A stretch of DNA of 44,835 nt from Syntrophus sp. GWC2_56_31. Its GTDB lineage: Bacteria; Desulfobacterota; Syntrophia; Syntrophales; UBA5619. This document shows positions 1 to 13,889 of this stretch, piece by piece. The notes beneath the pieces are model-generated. The model did no database searches. It was not told the DNA's origin and saw only the letters and a list, made by a program, of their open reading frames with translations. The stretch spans positions 1-44,835 of the forward strand of contig MICN01000103.1 of NCBI GenBank assembly GCA_001829875.1, written 5' to 3'. The position numbers and the translations under genes were made by a program. Each line of letters opens with the position of its first letter. Position 1 is the stretch's first letter.

Positions 1-7
1 CCTTCCT

Positions 8-5390
<5,383 letters not shown>

Positions 5391-5412
5391 TTCTATTACA
5401 GGCGCTCTCCCG

Positions 5413-5715
5413 TCATTCCTCATGGTTATCGATGCCGAGCTTGACCATCTTGTTCTGGAAAGTGTTCCGGTTGATCCCCAGATAGGCGGCTGCGGCGCTC
5501 TTGACGTGATTCGACCGCCTGAGAGCGAGGCGATAGAGGATCCTATCCACCATGACCAAAACCTCGTCATAGAGCCGACTCTTTCCGCTTTCGGTCGCCG
5601 ATAAGATGGTCGCGATATCCTCGAGCATCTTTTCCAGGACCTCCTCGGCTACAGCAGCCGGCGACGTCCGCGCCTCTTGCACCACGCCATTCACATTAGA
5701 ATGCCTGCGCTTCAT
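5413..5715 (-). CDS. Fis-like stand-alone helix-turn-helix (HTH_8) protein
   Basis: LYDEVLVMVDRILYRLAL...AAAAYLGINRNTF matches the Fis C-terminal HTH pattern; 100 aa. Confidence 0.85.
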   Translation of the reverse strand: MKRRHSNVNGVVQEARTSPAAVAEEVLEKMLEDIATILSATESGKSRLYDEVLVMVDRILYRLALRRSNHVKSAAAAYLGINRNTFQNKMVKLGIDNHEE

Positions 5716-5745
5716 GAATCAACGGGTTCCTTTCTTCTACGGTGA

Positions 5746-6270
5746 TTATACAACAACGGGGAGTAACTTCATAAGGATCATCACCATCATCAATACGGCG
5801 GCAACCCACGCTGCAACGATATTGGCGATCCCTATCATGGAACGCCCCGCCTGCAAGCGGACATCCTGCTCAACCCTGTCCGGTTCGACACGGGCGACGA
5901 GATCCTCTACAAGCCTGGGAAATCCTTCAAAGGCATTGGAAATAACGAAAAACCCTTTGACTGTCGTGAGCAGGAGATACACTTTCTTGTGGAGGACGAG
6001 GTAGCCGACACGGGTGATTTCATCCCACAAGAGCGTCTTTTTACGCCCCAATTTCCTGATCACGAGACCCTCTTCAACCACAGTGACCCGCCGGAAGAGA
6101 CATTCGAGGAAGAGAACAAGGGCGGGCAGAAAAAATAGCACAAGGATAAGCTTTTCCATCGCATCCCCTTTCATGAGCAGGGAGACCAGGAAGAGACAGA
6201 AAAGGAGAAAGGCATCCAGACCAAGAACAATCAGGAAAGCCCTTCTTATCGTATAGTGACGCTGAGCCAT
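5746..6270 (-). CDS. Membrane protein with a bacterial PH-like domain
   Basis: Two N-terminal hydrophobic helices, then RRVTVVEEGLVIRKLGRKKTLLWDEI (bPH-like), then a C-terminal TM helix; start moved to ATG 6270 (MAQRHY) to avoid overlap with moaC. Confidence 0.7.
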   Translation of the reverse strand: MAQRHYTIRRAFLIVLGLDAFLLFCLFLVSLLMKGDAMEKLILVLFFLPALVLFLECLFRRVTVVEEGLVIRKLGRKKTLLWDEITRVGYLVLHKKVYLLLTTVKGFFVISNAFEGFPRLVEDLVARVEPDRVEQDVRLQAGRSMIGIANIVAAWVAAVLMMVMILMKLLPVVV

Positions 6271-6299
6271 CTCTGCTCCCGCCGGTAACGGTACTTTGT

Positions 6300-6788
6300 T
6301 CAAACCGTTGACCCCGGCCTGATAAAGACGCCGCTCTTGCCGCCCCGCTTGCTCATCAGCCGGATATCCGTGAGGACCATCTCCCGGTCGACCGCCTTGC
6401 ACATATCATAAATCGTCAGCGCCGCCACGCCGACGGCCGTCATGGCTTCCATCTCGACCCCCGTCCTTCCCACTGTCCTGACCTGCGATTCAATCACGAC
6501 CTCGCCCACTGCCGCATCGCACGTGAACCGGATTTCCACCCCTGTCAGTTCGAGGGGATGACACATAGGGATGAGCTCCCCGGTCTTCTTGGCCGCCATG
6601 ATCGCCGCTATCCTTGCCGTGGCAAACACATCCCCTTTGGGGATTCCGCCCTGCTCGATAAGGGCGACCGTTTCCGGACGCATCCGGACACACCCCTGGG
6701 CAACAGCCTCACGGAGCGCAGGCGCCTTGGCCGTCACATCGACCATTCGCGCCTGTCCTTTCTCGTCGAGATGGGATAGTTGGTTCAT
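6300..6788 (-). CDS. moaC: Cyclic pyranopterin monophosphate synthase MoaC
   Basis: [46 protein letters not shown]. Confidence 0.98.
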   Translation of the reverse strand: MNQLSHLDEKGQARMVDVTAKAPALREAVAQGCVRMRPETVALIEQGGIPKGDVFATARIAAIMAAKKTGELIPMCHPLELTGVEIRFTCDAAVGEVVIESQVRTVGRTGVEMEAMTAVGVAALTIYDMCKAVDREMVLTDIRLMSKRGGKSGVFIRPGSTV

Positions 6789-6832
6789 GACCCTGCCGTG
6801 TCGGAATGAAGTGGTATTGAATGTTCGGGGGA

Positions 6833-6861
6833 AACTTAACACAGCATCTCCCCTCAGTCAA
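6833..6861 (-). promoter_or_regulatory. sigma70-type promoter for moaC-...-pyrG
   Basis: Minus strand TTGACT-N17-TAAGTT with a TGn extended -10. Confidence 0.55.
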
Positions 6862-6893
6862 GAAGGTTAAAACAAAACGAAACGACAAAGGGG

Positions 6894-7718
6894 TTAATAC
6901 TTCAGACTGCGAATTTTCAGAGAGCCGTGCGAGGGCGTAATAACGGTTCTCCCCGGATAATATCCGCTCGGTACCGACACCCCCGAATAAACTATGGAGG
7001 AGGGACCCATCAGGGTGCCGGGCGAAGTCACCGAATTGCACCCGGTTTCGGTATGATCACCCAATATTGCCCCCAGCTTGCGACGTCCCGTATCATACCG
7101 TTTCTTTTCAACGGTCACCGTAATCGACCCGGGTATCATCTTCAGGTTGGCTAGCTTCGTTCCCGCACCGAGGTTCACGTCTCCACCTAGAATGCTGTCG
7201 CCTATGTAGGCAAAGTGGCCCGCCTTCGCACCATCCAGAAGGATAGATCCCTTCATCTCCGTCGTGTGTCCGACAACACACCGGTTGCCCACGATGCAGC
7301 CCCCCCGGATGTAAGCACCTTGGCGAATTTCAGAGTCATTTCCAATGATCGCCGGCCCCTTGATGAATGCCCCTGGCTCAACGACGGTTCCCGGACCGAT
7401 GATGATCTTTTCATTGAAAAGGTATGCTCCGGGTAAAATCACAGCCACATTTTCCAATAACTCTCCTTTCAGGAAGACCTGTATCGAATCGTTGGGATCC
7501 GAAGTTTTTACTTCAAGATCATCTCGGACTTCATCATTATAGATCACAAGCGCTTTTCCAATCTGGCCCGTTGTCTTGGACAGCGGCCACGACTTCTGGA
7601 AGAAGGTCGCCAGATAGTCCTTCAGATGATCAAGGGCTGTCCAGGCCGCTTCGTTTTCCGAGAAAATCCCCCGATGATCAAAATCCTTCAAGTCAAAAAA
7701 ATTGTCTGGCGTCATCAT
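6894..7718 (-). CDS. Stand-alone left-handed beta-helix acyltransferase, GlmU C-terminal / glucosamine-1-phosphate N-acetyltransferase-like
   Basis: Hexapeptide repeats, IRQGAYIRG, GHFAYIGDSILG, NLGAGTKLAN, RRKLGAILGD, GCNSVTSPGT; no nucleotidyltransferase domain. Confidence 0.85.
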   Translation of the reverse strand: MMTPDNFFDLKDFDHRGIFSENEAAWTALDHLKDYLATFFQKSWPLSKTTGQIGKALVIYNDEVRDDLEVKTSDPNDSIQVFLKGELLENVAVILPGAYLFNEKIIIGPGTVVEPGAFIKGPAIIGNDSEIRQGAYIRGGCIVGNRCVVGHTTEMKGSILLDGAKAGHFAYIGDSILGGDVNLGAGTKLANLKMIPGSITVTVEKKRYDTGRRKLGAILGDHTETGCNSVTSPGTLMGPSSIVYSGVSVPSGYYPGRTVITPSHGSLKIRSLKY

Positions 7719-7731
7719 GAGAGTAACCCCT

Positions 7732-9477
7732 TTAGTCCTCTTCCATGGTGGAGGTATCTCCCAAGGGGAGTCCGAGCTCCTTTGCCTTCAGCAGACGCCG
7801 CATGATCTTTCCGCTCCTCGTTTTGGGCAGTGTGGAGATGAATTCTATTTCGCGTGGAGCCGCGGCACTGGAGAGCCGCTTCATGACAAATTTCTGAATG
7901 TCATGACGTAATTCCTCCGATGGGGCGTAGTCATCCTTCAGCGAGACAAAGGCTTTGACCACCTCCATGGCGATCGGGTCCGGCTTGCCGATCACCCCCG
8001 CCTCCGCCACAGCGGGATGCTCGATAAGGACGGATTCCACCTCGAATGGACCCACCAGGTGACCCGCCGTGTTGATTACATCGTCGGTGCGACCCACAAA
8101 CCAATAGTAGCCCTCTTCATCCCTCTTTGCCCGATCGCCTGTGATGTACCATCCCTTCCTGAACCGGGATTGATAGAGATCATCCTTTTTCCAGTAGGTG
8201 CGAAACATCGACGGCCATCCGGGCTTTAGCGCCAGGTTTCCTTCGTTTCCGTGGGAGAGCTCATTGAAGTCGTCGTCTACAATTCCCGCCTCGATCCCCG
8301 GAAAAGGTCTTCCCATGGAGCCGGGTTTGATATCCTGAATCGGGTAATTGGCGATCATAATCGAACCGGTTTCGGTCTGCCACCAGTTATCATGGAATGC
8401 ATTTCCAAAGATCTCCTTTCCCCAGACGACCGCCTCGGGATTGAGAGGCTCCCCCACACTGCACAAGTGACGCAAAGGGTCGAACGAATGCTGACGCGGG
8501 AGTTCGTTTCCGGCCTTCATCAGCATCCGGATGGCGGTAGGGGCCGTATACCAGACGGTGACCTTTTTCCGTTCCAGGAAGCTATACCAGTGTTTCGCGC
8601 TGAATCCCCCCTCGTAAACCACCTGAGTAGCCCCATTCGACCAGGGGCCAAACATCCCGTATGAAGTCCCTGTCACCCAACCGGGATCAGCCGTGCACCA
8701 ATAGACATCTCCCTCATGAAGGTCCAGGACATATTTGGCAGTGGCGTAATGGCCAACCACGGCCTCATGGACATGCACAGCCCCTTTCGGTTTTCCCGTG
8801 GTGCCCGAGGTGTAGTGCATAATGGCGTGGTCTTCCTTGTGTGTTTTCACGATGTCAAAGGATTCGGAGGCATTGGCCATCAACTCATCATAGTATGGAT
8901 CGTCAAGATTCGCTTTCCCTTCGCCCCGGTTCACCAGGATGATATGCTTAAGGGCGGGGAGTTCAGGAATAACCTCAACGATTTTCTTCTTGAGCGAGGG
9001 ACTGGTGATTAAAACCTTTGCTTCGCTGTCTCCCACGCGGTCTTTGACGGCATCGGGTCCGAAGGCGGAAAAGAGCGGACCGATCACGCCGCCTGCTTTG
9101 AGCGTTCCAAGAATGGCGATATATATCTCCGGGACCCTCTCCAGGAAAAAGAAGACCCGGTCCCCTTTCTGGACACCCATCTCGTTCACGAGGGCATTGG
9201 CGAATTTGTTGCTTAGTCGAGATAGCTCTAGGAAGGTATACTCTTCCCCTTCGCCTTTTTTACTTTCCCATATCAGGGCCTTCTTGTTTCGCCGGTTTGT
9301 TTTCAAATGAGCGTCGATGGCCACATGGGCGATGTTGAGATGATCCTTGTCAAACCAGTCTAACTCCCAAGAAACCTGATCCCAACTCCATTCTTTAATC
9401 GCCTCGGGGTAATCTTTAAGATTGGGTTTGACTGCGTGTTGTTCGAGGGGCTTCTTGGTTATTTTTTGATATTCCAT
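7732..9477 (-). CDS. acsA: Acetate-CoA ligase (AMP-forming), AcsA type
   Basis: YTSGTTGKPKG, YWCTADPGWVTG, SVGEPLNPE, DNWWQTETG, LPKTRSGKIMRR. Confidence 0.93.
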   Translation of the reverse strand: MEYQKITKKPLEQHAVKPNLKDYPEAIKEWSWDQVSWELDWFDKDHLNIAHVAIDAHLKTNRRNKKALIWESKKGEGEEYTFLELSRLSNKFANALVNEMGVQKGDRVFFFLERVPEIYIAILGTLKAGGVIGPLFSAFGPDAVKDRVGDSEAKVLITSPSLKKKIVEVIPELPALKHIILVNRGEGKANLDDPYYDELMANASESFDIVKTHKEDHAIMHYTSGTTGKPKGAVHVHEAVVGHYATAKYVLDLHEGDVYWCTADPGWVTGTSYGMFGPWSNGATQVVYEGGFSAKHWYSFLERKKVTVWYTAPTAIRMLMKAGNELPRQHSFDPLRHLCSVGEPLNPEAVVWGKEIFGNAFHDNWWQTETGSIMIANYPIQDIKPGSMGRPFPGIEAGIVDDDFNELSHGNEGNLALKPGWPSMFRTYWKKDDLYQSRFRKGWYITGDRAKRDEEGYYWFVGRTDDVINTAGHLVGPFEVESVLIEHPAVAEAGVIGKPDPIAMEVVKAFVSLKDDYAPSEELRHDIQKFVMKRLSSAAAPREIEFISTLPKTRSGKIMRRLLKAKELGLPLGDTSTMEED

Positions 9478-9501
9478 GCGACTCCCTCCAAAAAATGTGG
9501 G

Positions 9502-9744
9502 TCAAGACTGAGCAGCCATTTTTAATTCGATCAACTTCACAAGTTCACCCACATTGGGGATATCCACGAGATCATCGCCCTGCAGTTGTATTCCGTATCT
9601 TGAACTAATTGCTTCTGCTAAATTCAGAAGTCCCAGTGAGTCGGCATCAAGATCATCTTGCAGATGGGCTTCATGCACAACGACGTTTTCATCCACGGCC
9701 AATTCAGATATGATTAATGTTTTTATTTCGTCGTAGAGAGCCAT
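9502..9744 (-). CDS. Acyl carrier protein
   Basis: 80-aa acidic protein with DDLDADSL phosphopantetheine site; AAGGGG RBS. Confidence 0.92.
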   Translation of the reverse strand: MALYDEIKTLIISELAVDENVVVHEAHLQDDLDADSLGLLNLAEAISSRYGIQLQGDDLVDIPNVGELVKLIELKMAAQS

Positions 9745-9768
9745 CGCGTCCCCTTTCTTGTTTAGTGG

Positions 9769-10611
9769 TCAATGCAATTTTGAAGGAACATCGAACAATT
9801 CAATCTCAAAAACCTCGGCGTATCTGGCTGAACCATCCACAGTGGATAAGCGCTCTCGAAGGAGTCTATAACGTAAATGATTCATATTGAGAATCCGTTC
9901 ATCAAATCCGATGCCGCGACTGTGAATATTTCTTTGTTGTTGTGAAGCGTGAGCCCTCAACAACGCCCTTTTCCAGTCTCCGCTTTCTTCGCCAAAAAGA
10001 ACAAACAGGTCATGACGCATCTCGATCGTTTTCGGATCTTCGTTGTATAGAGCGATAACGGGTTTTTCTTTCTTGGTTGTGATGTTTTGGACACATTTCC
10101 GAAAAACCTGATGCACCCACACATGGGTTTGGTTTGAATCATTGCCCGCGGGCAGGATAACCATGTCCGGTGCGACAGATTCTAAATGCTCCTTCATTCT
10201 GGTCAGGTTTTCAATAGAATTGAGCCCTTCAGCCTCCTCTATGCCAAGGAAAGTCAACCTCTCCCGGGCCAAACCAAACATCTGGGCTGCCGAAGTTTGC
10301 TCCAGTCGCCGGATTTCAATCTTTCTTTCCTCCAAAGAAATGGAACTGTCATGTCCCCATTCTATGGCATACCGGTCCTCTACACCGGAAGGGCTCATAC
10401 TGACGGCGGTATACCATAGATCGCAGCCGAAATGCATCAAGAGTCTGCAGGTCATTGCCGCACACTCGGGGTCATCGGGATGGGGACCCAATACCAACAC
10501 CTTACCCTCCGTAGGGAAACGGACCTTCTTCGCAGAACCGTCTTGCAGCTCGCTCCAGATGAAGGGTCGTTCCCTCCAGTACTGCTTTAGGTCGGCGATA
10601 AATGTCTTCAC
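9769..10611 (-). CDS. PIG-L/LmbE family N-deacetylase
   Basis: VLVLGPHPDD zinc motif, RRLEQTSAA, DSNQTH, KRALLRAHASQ, YAEVF. The track's TTG start at 10716 is the -35 box; GTG 10611 taken as the likely start. Confidence 0.85.
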   Translation of the reverse strand: MKTFIADLKQYWRERPFIWSELQDGSAKKVRFPTEGKVLVLGPHPDDPECAAMTCRLLMHFGCDLWYTAVSMSPSGVEDRYAIEWGHDSSISLEERKIEIRRLEQTSAAQMFGLARERLTFLGIEEAEGLNSIENLTRMKEHLESVAPDMVILPAGNDSNQTHVWVHQVFRKCVQNITTKKEKPVIALYNEDPKTIEMRHDLFVLFGEESGDWKRALLRAHASQQQRNIHSRGIGFDERILNMNHLRYRLLRERLSTVDGSARYAEVFEIELFDVPSKLH

Positions 10612-10687
10612 TATACAGAGGCCCTGAATTCTTGCTTCTGACCGCTTTGATAAAATGACCGAAGAGAGCTTTCTTTTTTGCAATGGC

Positions 10688-10716
10688 AATATATGAAGAA
10701 GGATTTTGTGTGTCAA
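10688..10716 (-). promoter_or_regulatory. Near-consensus sigma70 promoter for the deacetylase-ACP-acs-LbH cassette
   Basis: Minus strand TTGACA-N17-TATATT. Confidence 0.75.
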
Positions 10717-10745
10717 GAGAATTACGCCGAATCCCGTAAATCCGC

Positions 10746-10774
10746 TTGCGCAAATGATCTTTCTCGTTTAGTAT
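10746..10774 (+). promoter_or_regulatory. Putative divergent sigma70 promoter for comM
   Basis: TTGCGC-N17-TAGTAT. Confidence 0.45.
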
Positions 10775-10808
10775 GCCGGACGGAAGCGCATCAGAACCAT
10801 CCGGGAAC

Positions 10809-10963
10809 GACGACCTTGTAAAAAAAGTCAAAAAATGGAACGGCTTCATAAAAAGGCCGCAGGCAAGGCGCGCGAATCCTGAGGAATGAGGCGTACTGTT
10901 ATGTACGCCGCAATGACGAAGGATGAAGCGCAACGCAGCATCCCGCCTTTTTACGAAGCCGTC
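10809..10963 (-). repeat. MITE-like intergenic repeat, copy A (full length plus an extra terminal-repeat tail)
   Basis: TIRs ACGGCTTCATAAAAAGGC (10840) ... GCCTTTTTACGAAGCCGT (10962); internal GGCGTAC-N6-GTACGCC hairpin; reverse complement aligns with 27861-27985; extra GACGACCTTGTAAAAAAAGTC at 10809-10829. Confidence 0.9.
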
Positions 10964-10977
10964 AGGGGGTGCTCCCT

Positions 10978-12507
10978 TTGATCGTCAAGGCCATCAGCTC
11001 CACCATCATCGGCATCGATTCTTATCCCGTTACGGTCGAGGTCGATCTTGCCGCAGGTCTTCCGCTGTTTTCGACCGTCGGTCTTCCCGATGTGGCCGTC
11101 CGGGAGAGCAAGGACAGGATCAAAGCCGCCGTAAAAAATTCCGGCTACCCCTTCCCCGGCCATCATGTCACCGTGAATCTCGCTCCCGCCGACATCAAAA
11201 AGGAGGGCACCGCCTTCGACCTCCCCATCGCTGTGGCGATCCTGACCGCCCAGGAACTGATGCCCGCAGCACCGCTAGCCGATTATCTACTCCTCGGTGA
11301 GCTCTCGCTGGATGGCGGTGTGAAGGGGATCCACGGCGCCCTTTCCGCGGCCTTCCGGACAAAGACAATGGGTATTCGCGGGATGATTCTCCCTAGGGAA
11401 AACGCCGCCGAGGCGGCTCTAGTAGCAGGGATTGAGGTCATTGCAGTAGATCACCTCTCCGAAGTCGTGGAGTTTCTAGGCGGCCGGAAAGAGATCGAGC
11501 CGGTCCGGGTCGATGTTGGGGAGCTCTTCCGGCAAAATCGCGACTATCCTTTCGATTTTTGCGAGATCCGGGGACAGCAGCAGGCCAAGCGCGCCCTGGA
11601 GGTCGCCGCAGCCGGTGGGCACAATCTCCTGATGATCGGCCCCCCGGGGGCCGGGAAAACGATGCTCGCCCAGCGTCTCGTGACGATTCTTCCCGACCTT
11701 TCCCTGCCGGAAGCCATTGAAACGACAAAGATCTTCTCCGTCGCTGGCCTCATGGACCGGAACGAGGGACTCCTGGGGACCCGCCCCTTCAGGGCGCCGC
11801 ACCACACGATCTCCGACGTGGGGCTGGTAGGAGGAGGGCACGTCCCGCGACCGGGGGAGATCAGTCTCGCCCACAACGGGGTGCTTTTCCTCGACGAACT
11901 GCCCGAATTCAGAAAAAACGCCCTCGAGGCGCTGCGCCAGCCTCTCGAAGACGGACGGATGACGATCACCCGTTCTTCATATACGGCAACCTACCCGGCC
12001 CGCTTTATGCTCATCGCTGCGATGAACCCCTGTCCCTGCGGCTATTTCGGTGAAAGAAACCGCCCCTGCCGATGCACGCCGCAGCAGATCCGCCAGTATC
12101 AGGGCAAGATCTCGGGCCCGCTTCTCGATCGGATCGACATCCACGTCGAGGTCCCCTCGGTCCGCTACCGCGACCTGGCGGCGCGGGAGGTGGGCGAACC
12201 CTCCGCCGCGGTCAAGGACCGGATAGAAAGGGCTCGAGGGATACAGAAAAGCCGTTTTCCCGACGATGAAACCCTTTTCAACGCCCGCCTGTCCGACCGC
12301 CAAATCCAGGACTTATGCCACATCGACGAAGATTCGCGGCAACTGATCGAGATGGCCGTCGACCGGCTGGGGCTCTCCGCCCGCGCCCATACCCGGATAC
12401 TGAAGGTCGCCCGGACGATTGCGGATCTCGAAGGCGGTCCCGAGATTCGACCCTCGCATGTTGCGGAAGCCATTCAATACAGAAGCCTTGATTGCCGGTT
12501 GATTTAG
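10978..12507 (+). CDS. comM: YifB/ComM family Mg-chelatase-like AAA+ ATPase
   Basis: VGLPDVAVRES, NLAPAD, GPPGAGKT, FRAPHH, LFLDELPEF, MNPCPCG, SGPLLDRID; TTG start after AGGGGG. Confidence 0.95.
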   Translation: MIVKAISSTIIGIDSYPVTVEVDLAAGLPLFSTVGLPDVAVRESKDRIKAAVKNSGYPFPGHHVTVNLAPADIKKEGTAFDLPIAVAILTAQELMPAAPLADYLLLGELSLDGGVKGIHGALSAAFRTKTMGIRGMILPRENAAEAALVAGIEVIAVDHLSEVVEFLGGRKEIEPVRVDVGELFRQNRDYPFDFCEIRGQQQAKRALEVAAAGGHNLLMIGPPGAGKTMLAQRLVTILPDLSLPEAIETTKIFSVAGLMDRNEGLLGTRPFRAPHHTISDVGLVGGGHVPRPGEISLAHNGVLFLDELPEFRKNALEALRQPLEDGRMTITRSSYTATYPARFMLIAAMNPCPCGYFGERNRPCRCTPQQIRQYQGKISGPLLDRIDIHVEVPSVRYRDLAAREVGEPSAAVKDRIERARGIQKSRFPDDETLFNARLSDRQIQDLCHIDEDSRQLIEMAVDRLGLSARAHTRILKVARTIADLEGGPEIRPSHVAEAIQYRSLDCRLI

Positions 12508-12563
12508 TGATAAGGATTTATATATTGCACACCTTTTGAGGGTGGTTGTTTAAGGAGATGACA

Positions 12564-13640
12564 ATGGAAATCAGAGTGATTCAAGCCTCTCCCGATAAGA
12601 GGAAGAGGAAGCCTACCGATGAGTCGAAGCTGGGCTTCGGAAAGATCTTCAGTGATCATTTTTTCACCATGTCCTACCATGCCGGTCGGGGCTGGCATGA
12701 CCCCCTGATCGAACCTTACCGGCCGCTCCAACTCGATCCTACCGCGATGTGCCTCCACTATGCCCAGGAGATCTTCGAGGGGATGAAGGCCTACCGGGGA
12801 AAAGGCGGCGACATCTTTCTCTTCCGGCCGCTGGAGAATATCCGTCGGATGAATGTCTCGGCAGAACGTCTCTGCATGCCGCAGCTCGATGAAGCGCTCT
12901 TTATGGAGGCACTGAAGAAACTGATCCTGATCGACAAGGAGTGGATCCCCCGCGGAAGCGGCACCTCCCTTTACATCCGGCCGACGATGATCGCTTCTGA
13001 ATCCGCGCTTGGCGTCCACCCCGCAAACGAATACCTCTTTTTCATCATTGTGGGACCGGTGGGGGCCTATTACCCCGAGGGGTTCGGCCCGACGAAAATC
13101 TTCGTCACAGAGGAATACTGCCGGTCGGTCCCCGGGGGAACCGGCTACTGCAAGGCCGGAGGCAATTACGCGGCCAGTCTTTATGCCGGCGAGATCGCAA
13201 AAAAATTGGGTTATACCCAAGTCCTGTGGCTCGACGCCATCGAGAGGAAATACGTCGAAGAGGTGGGAACGAGCAACATGTTCTTCGTCATCGGCGATGA
13301 ACTGATCACCGCCCCCTTGACAGGCACAATCCTCCCCGGTGTCACCCGCGATTCGGTGATCCGACTGGCCAAAAGCTGGGGGGTTAAGGTCGCAGAAAGA
13401 CGTCTTTCCATGGACGAAATCATGAGTGCAATCGCAAGCGGGATCCTCAAGGAGGCCTTCGCTTCGGGAACGGCCGCTATAGTTTCGCCGGTCGGTCAGC
13501 TCAGTTACCGGGGAAAGGAATACCCCATCAGCGAAGGAAAAACAGGTAACCTAACGGAAAGATTATATAATGAAATTTTACAGATTCAGTACGGCCAGAA
13601 GGATGACCCCTTCGGCTGGCGGATCAAAATTACCGACTGA
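12564..13640 (+). CDS. ilvE: Branched-chain amino acid aminotransferase
   Basis: LHYAQEIFEGMKAY, LYIRP, KAGGNYA (PLP Lys), EEVGTSN, ILPGVTR, GTAAIVSP; AAGGAG RBS. Confidence 0.97.
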   Translation: MEIRVIQASPDKRKRKPTDESKLGFGKIFSDHFFTMSYHAGRGWHDPLIEPYRPLQLDPTAMCLHYAQEIFEGMKAYRGKGGDIFLFRPLENIRRMNVSAERLCMPQLDEALFMEALKKLILIDKEWIPRGSGTSLYIRPTMIASESALGVHPANEYLFFIIVGPVGAYYPEGFGPTKIFVTEEYCRSVPGGTGYCKAGGNYAASLYAGEIAKKLGYTQVLWLDAIERKYVEEVGTSNMFFVIGDELITAPLTGTILPGVTRDSVIRLAKSWGVKVAERRLSMDEIMSAIASGILKEAFASGTAAIVSPVGQLSYRGKEYPISEGKTGNLTERLYNEILQIQYGQKDDPFGWRIKITD

Positions 13641-13688
13641 TCGGGAAGTCCATCGGATATTTCCATTGATCCGGGGAGCTTGGAACGG

Positions 13689-13820
13689 GAATCCACAGGT
13701 GTGTGGAGAAGGTTGTGGATAAACCTGTGGATAGCTCGCGTAACTCTTCGTATGTCACGATTTTCTACCGGTTTGCATAAGGTTTGGGCGGTAAATATGT
13801 TATGTAATAACAGCTACTTA
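13689..13820. promoter_or_regulatory. DnaA-box cluster with IHF-like site (oriC-, DARS- or datA-like)
   Basis: GAATCCACA 13689-97 (2 mismatches), TGTGGAGAA 13702-10, TGTGGATAA 13714-22 (perfect), TGTGGATAG 13726-34, TTTGCATAA 13772-80; TAACAGCTACTTA 13808-20 is one mismatch from the IHF consensus WATCARNNNNTTR. Confidence 0.7.
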
Positions 13821-13889
13821 GAATCGAACAGCGCTATCTCGGCCACTTACGGGACCTTTTTGCCGGGAGATAAACCCCGCGGGAGAAAT

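Noticed and set aside
6789-6893. Moco riboswitch upstream of moaC
   Set aside because: The predicted promoter leaves only about 40 nt of leader, too short for the motif
10612-10716. N-terminal 35 codons of the deacetylase ORF
   Set aside because: The TTG start is the -35 hexamer of a near-consensus promoter, so this stretch is promoter and 5' UTR
10502-11300. ORFs beginning MRFILRHCGV / MKRNAAS (also at 27584-27901, 27891, 34510-34816)
   Set aside because: Translations of the MITE-like repeat, recurring at each copy
10978-12507. comM as a disrupted mobile-element insertion site
   Set aside because: The reading frame is intact and full length; no integrase nearby
13770-13810. Possible dif site (GGTTTGCATAA resembles a XerC arm; TTATGTAATAA resembles a XerD arm)
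   Set aside because: The two half-sites are 19 bp apart rather than 6; better read as a weak DnaA box plus AT-rich/IHF region
13680-13889. N-terminal extension of the lolA ORF
   Set aside because: Reads through the DnaA-box array; not LolA-like and would displace the signal peptide
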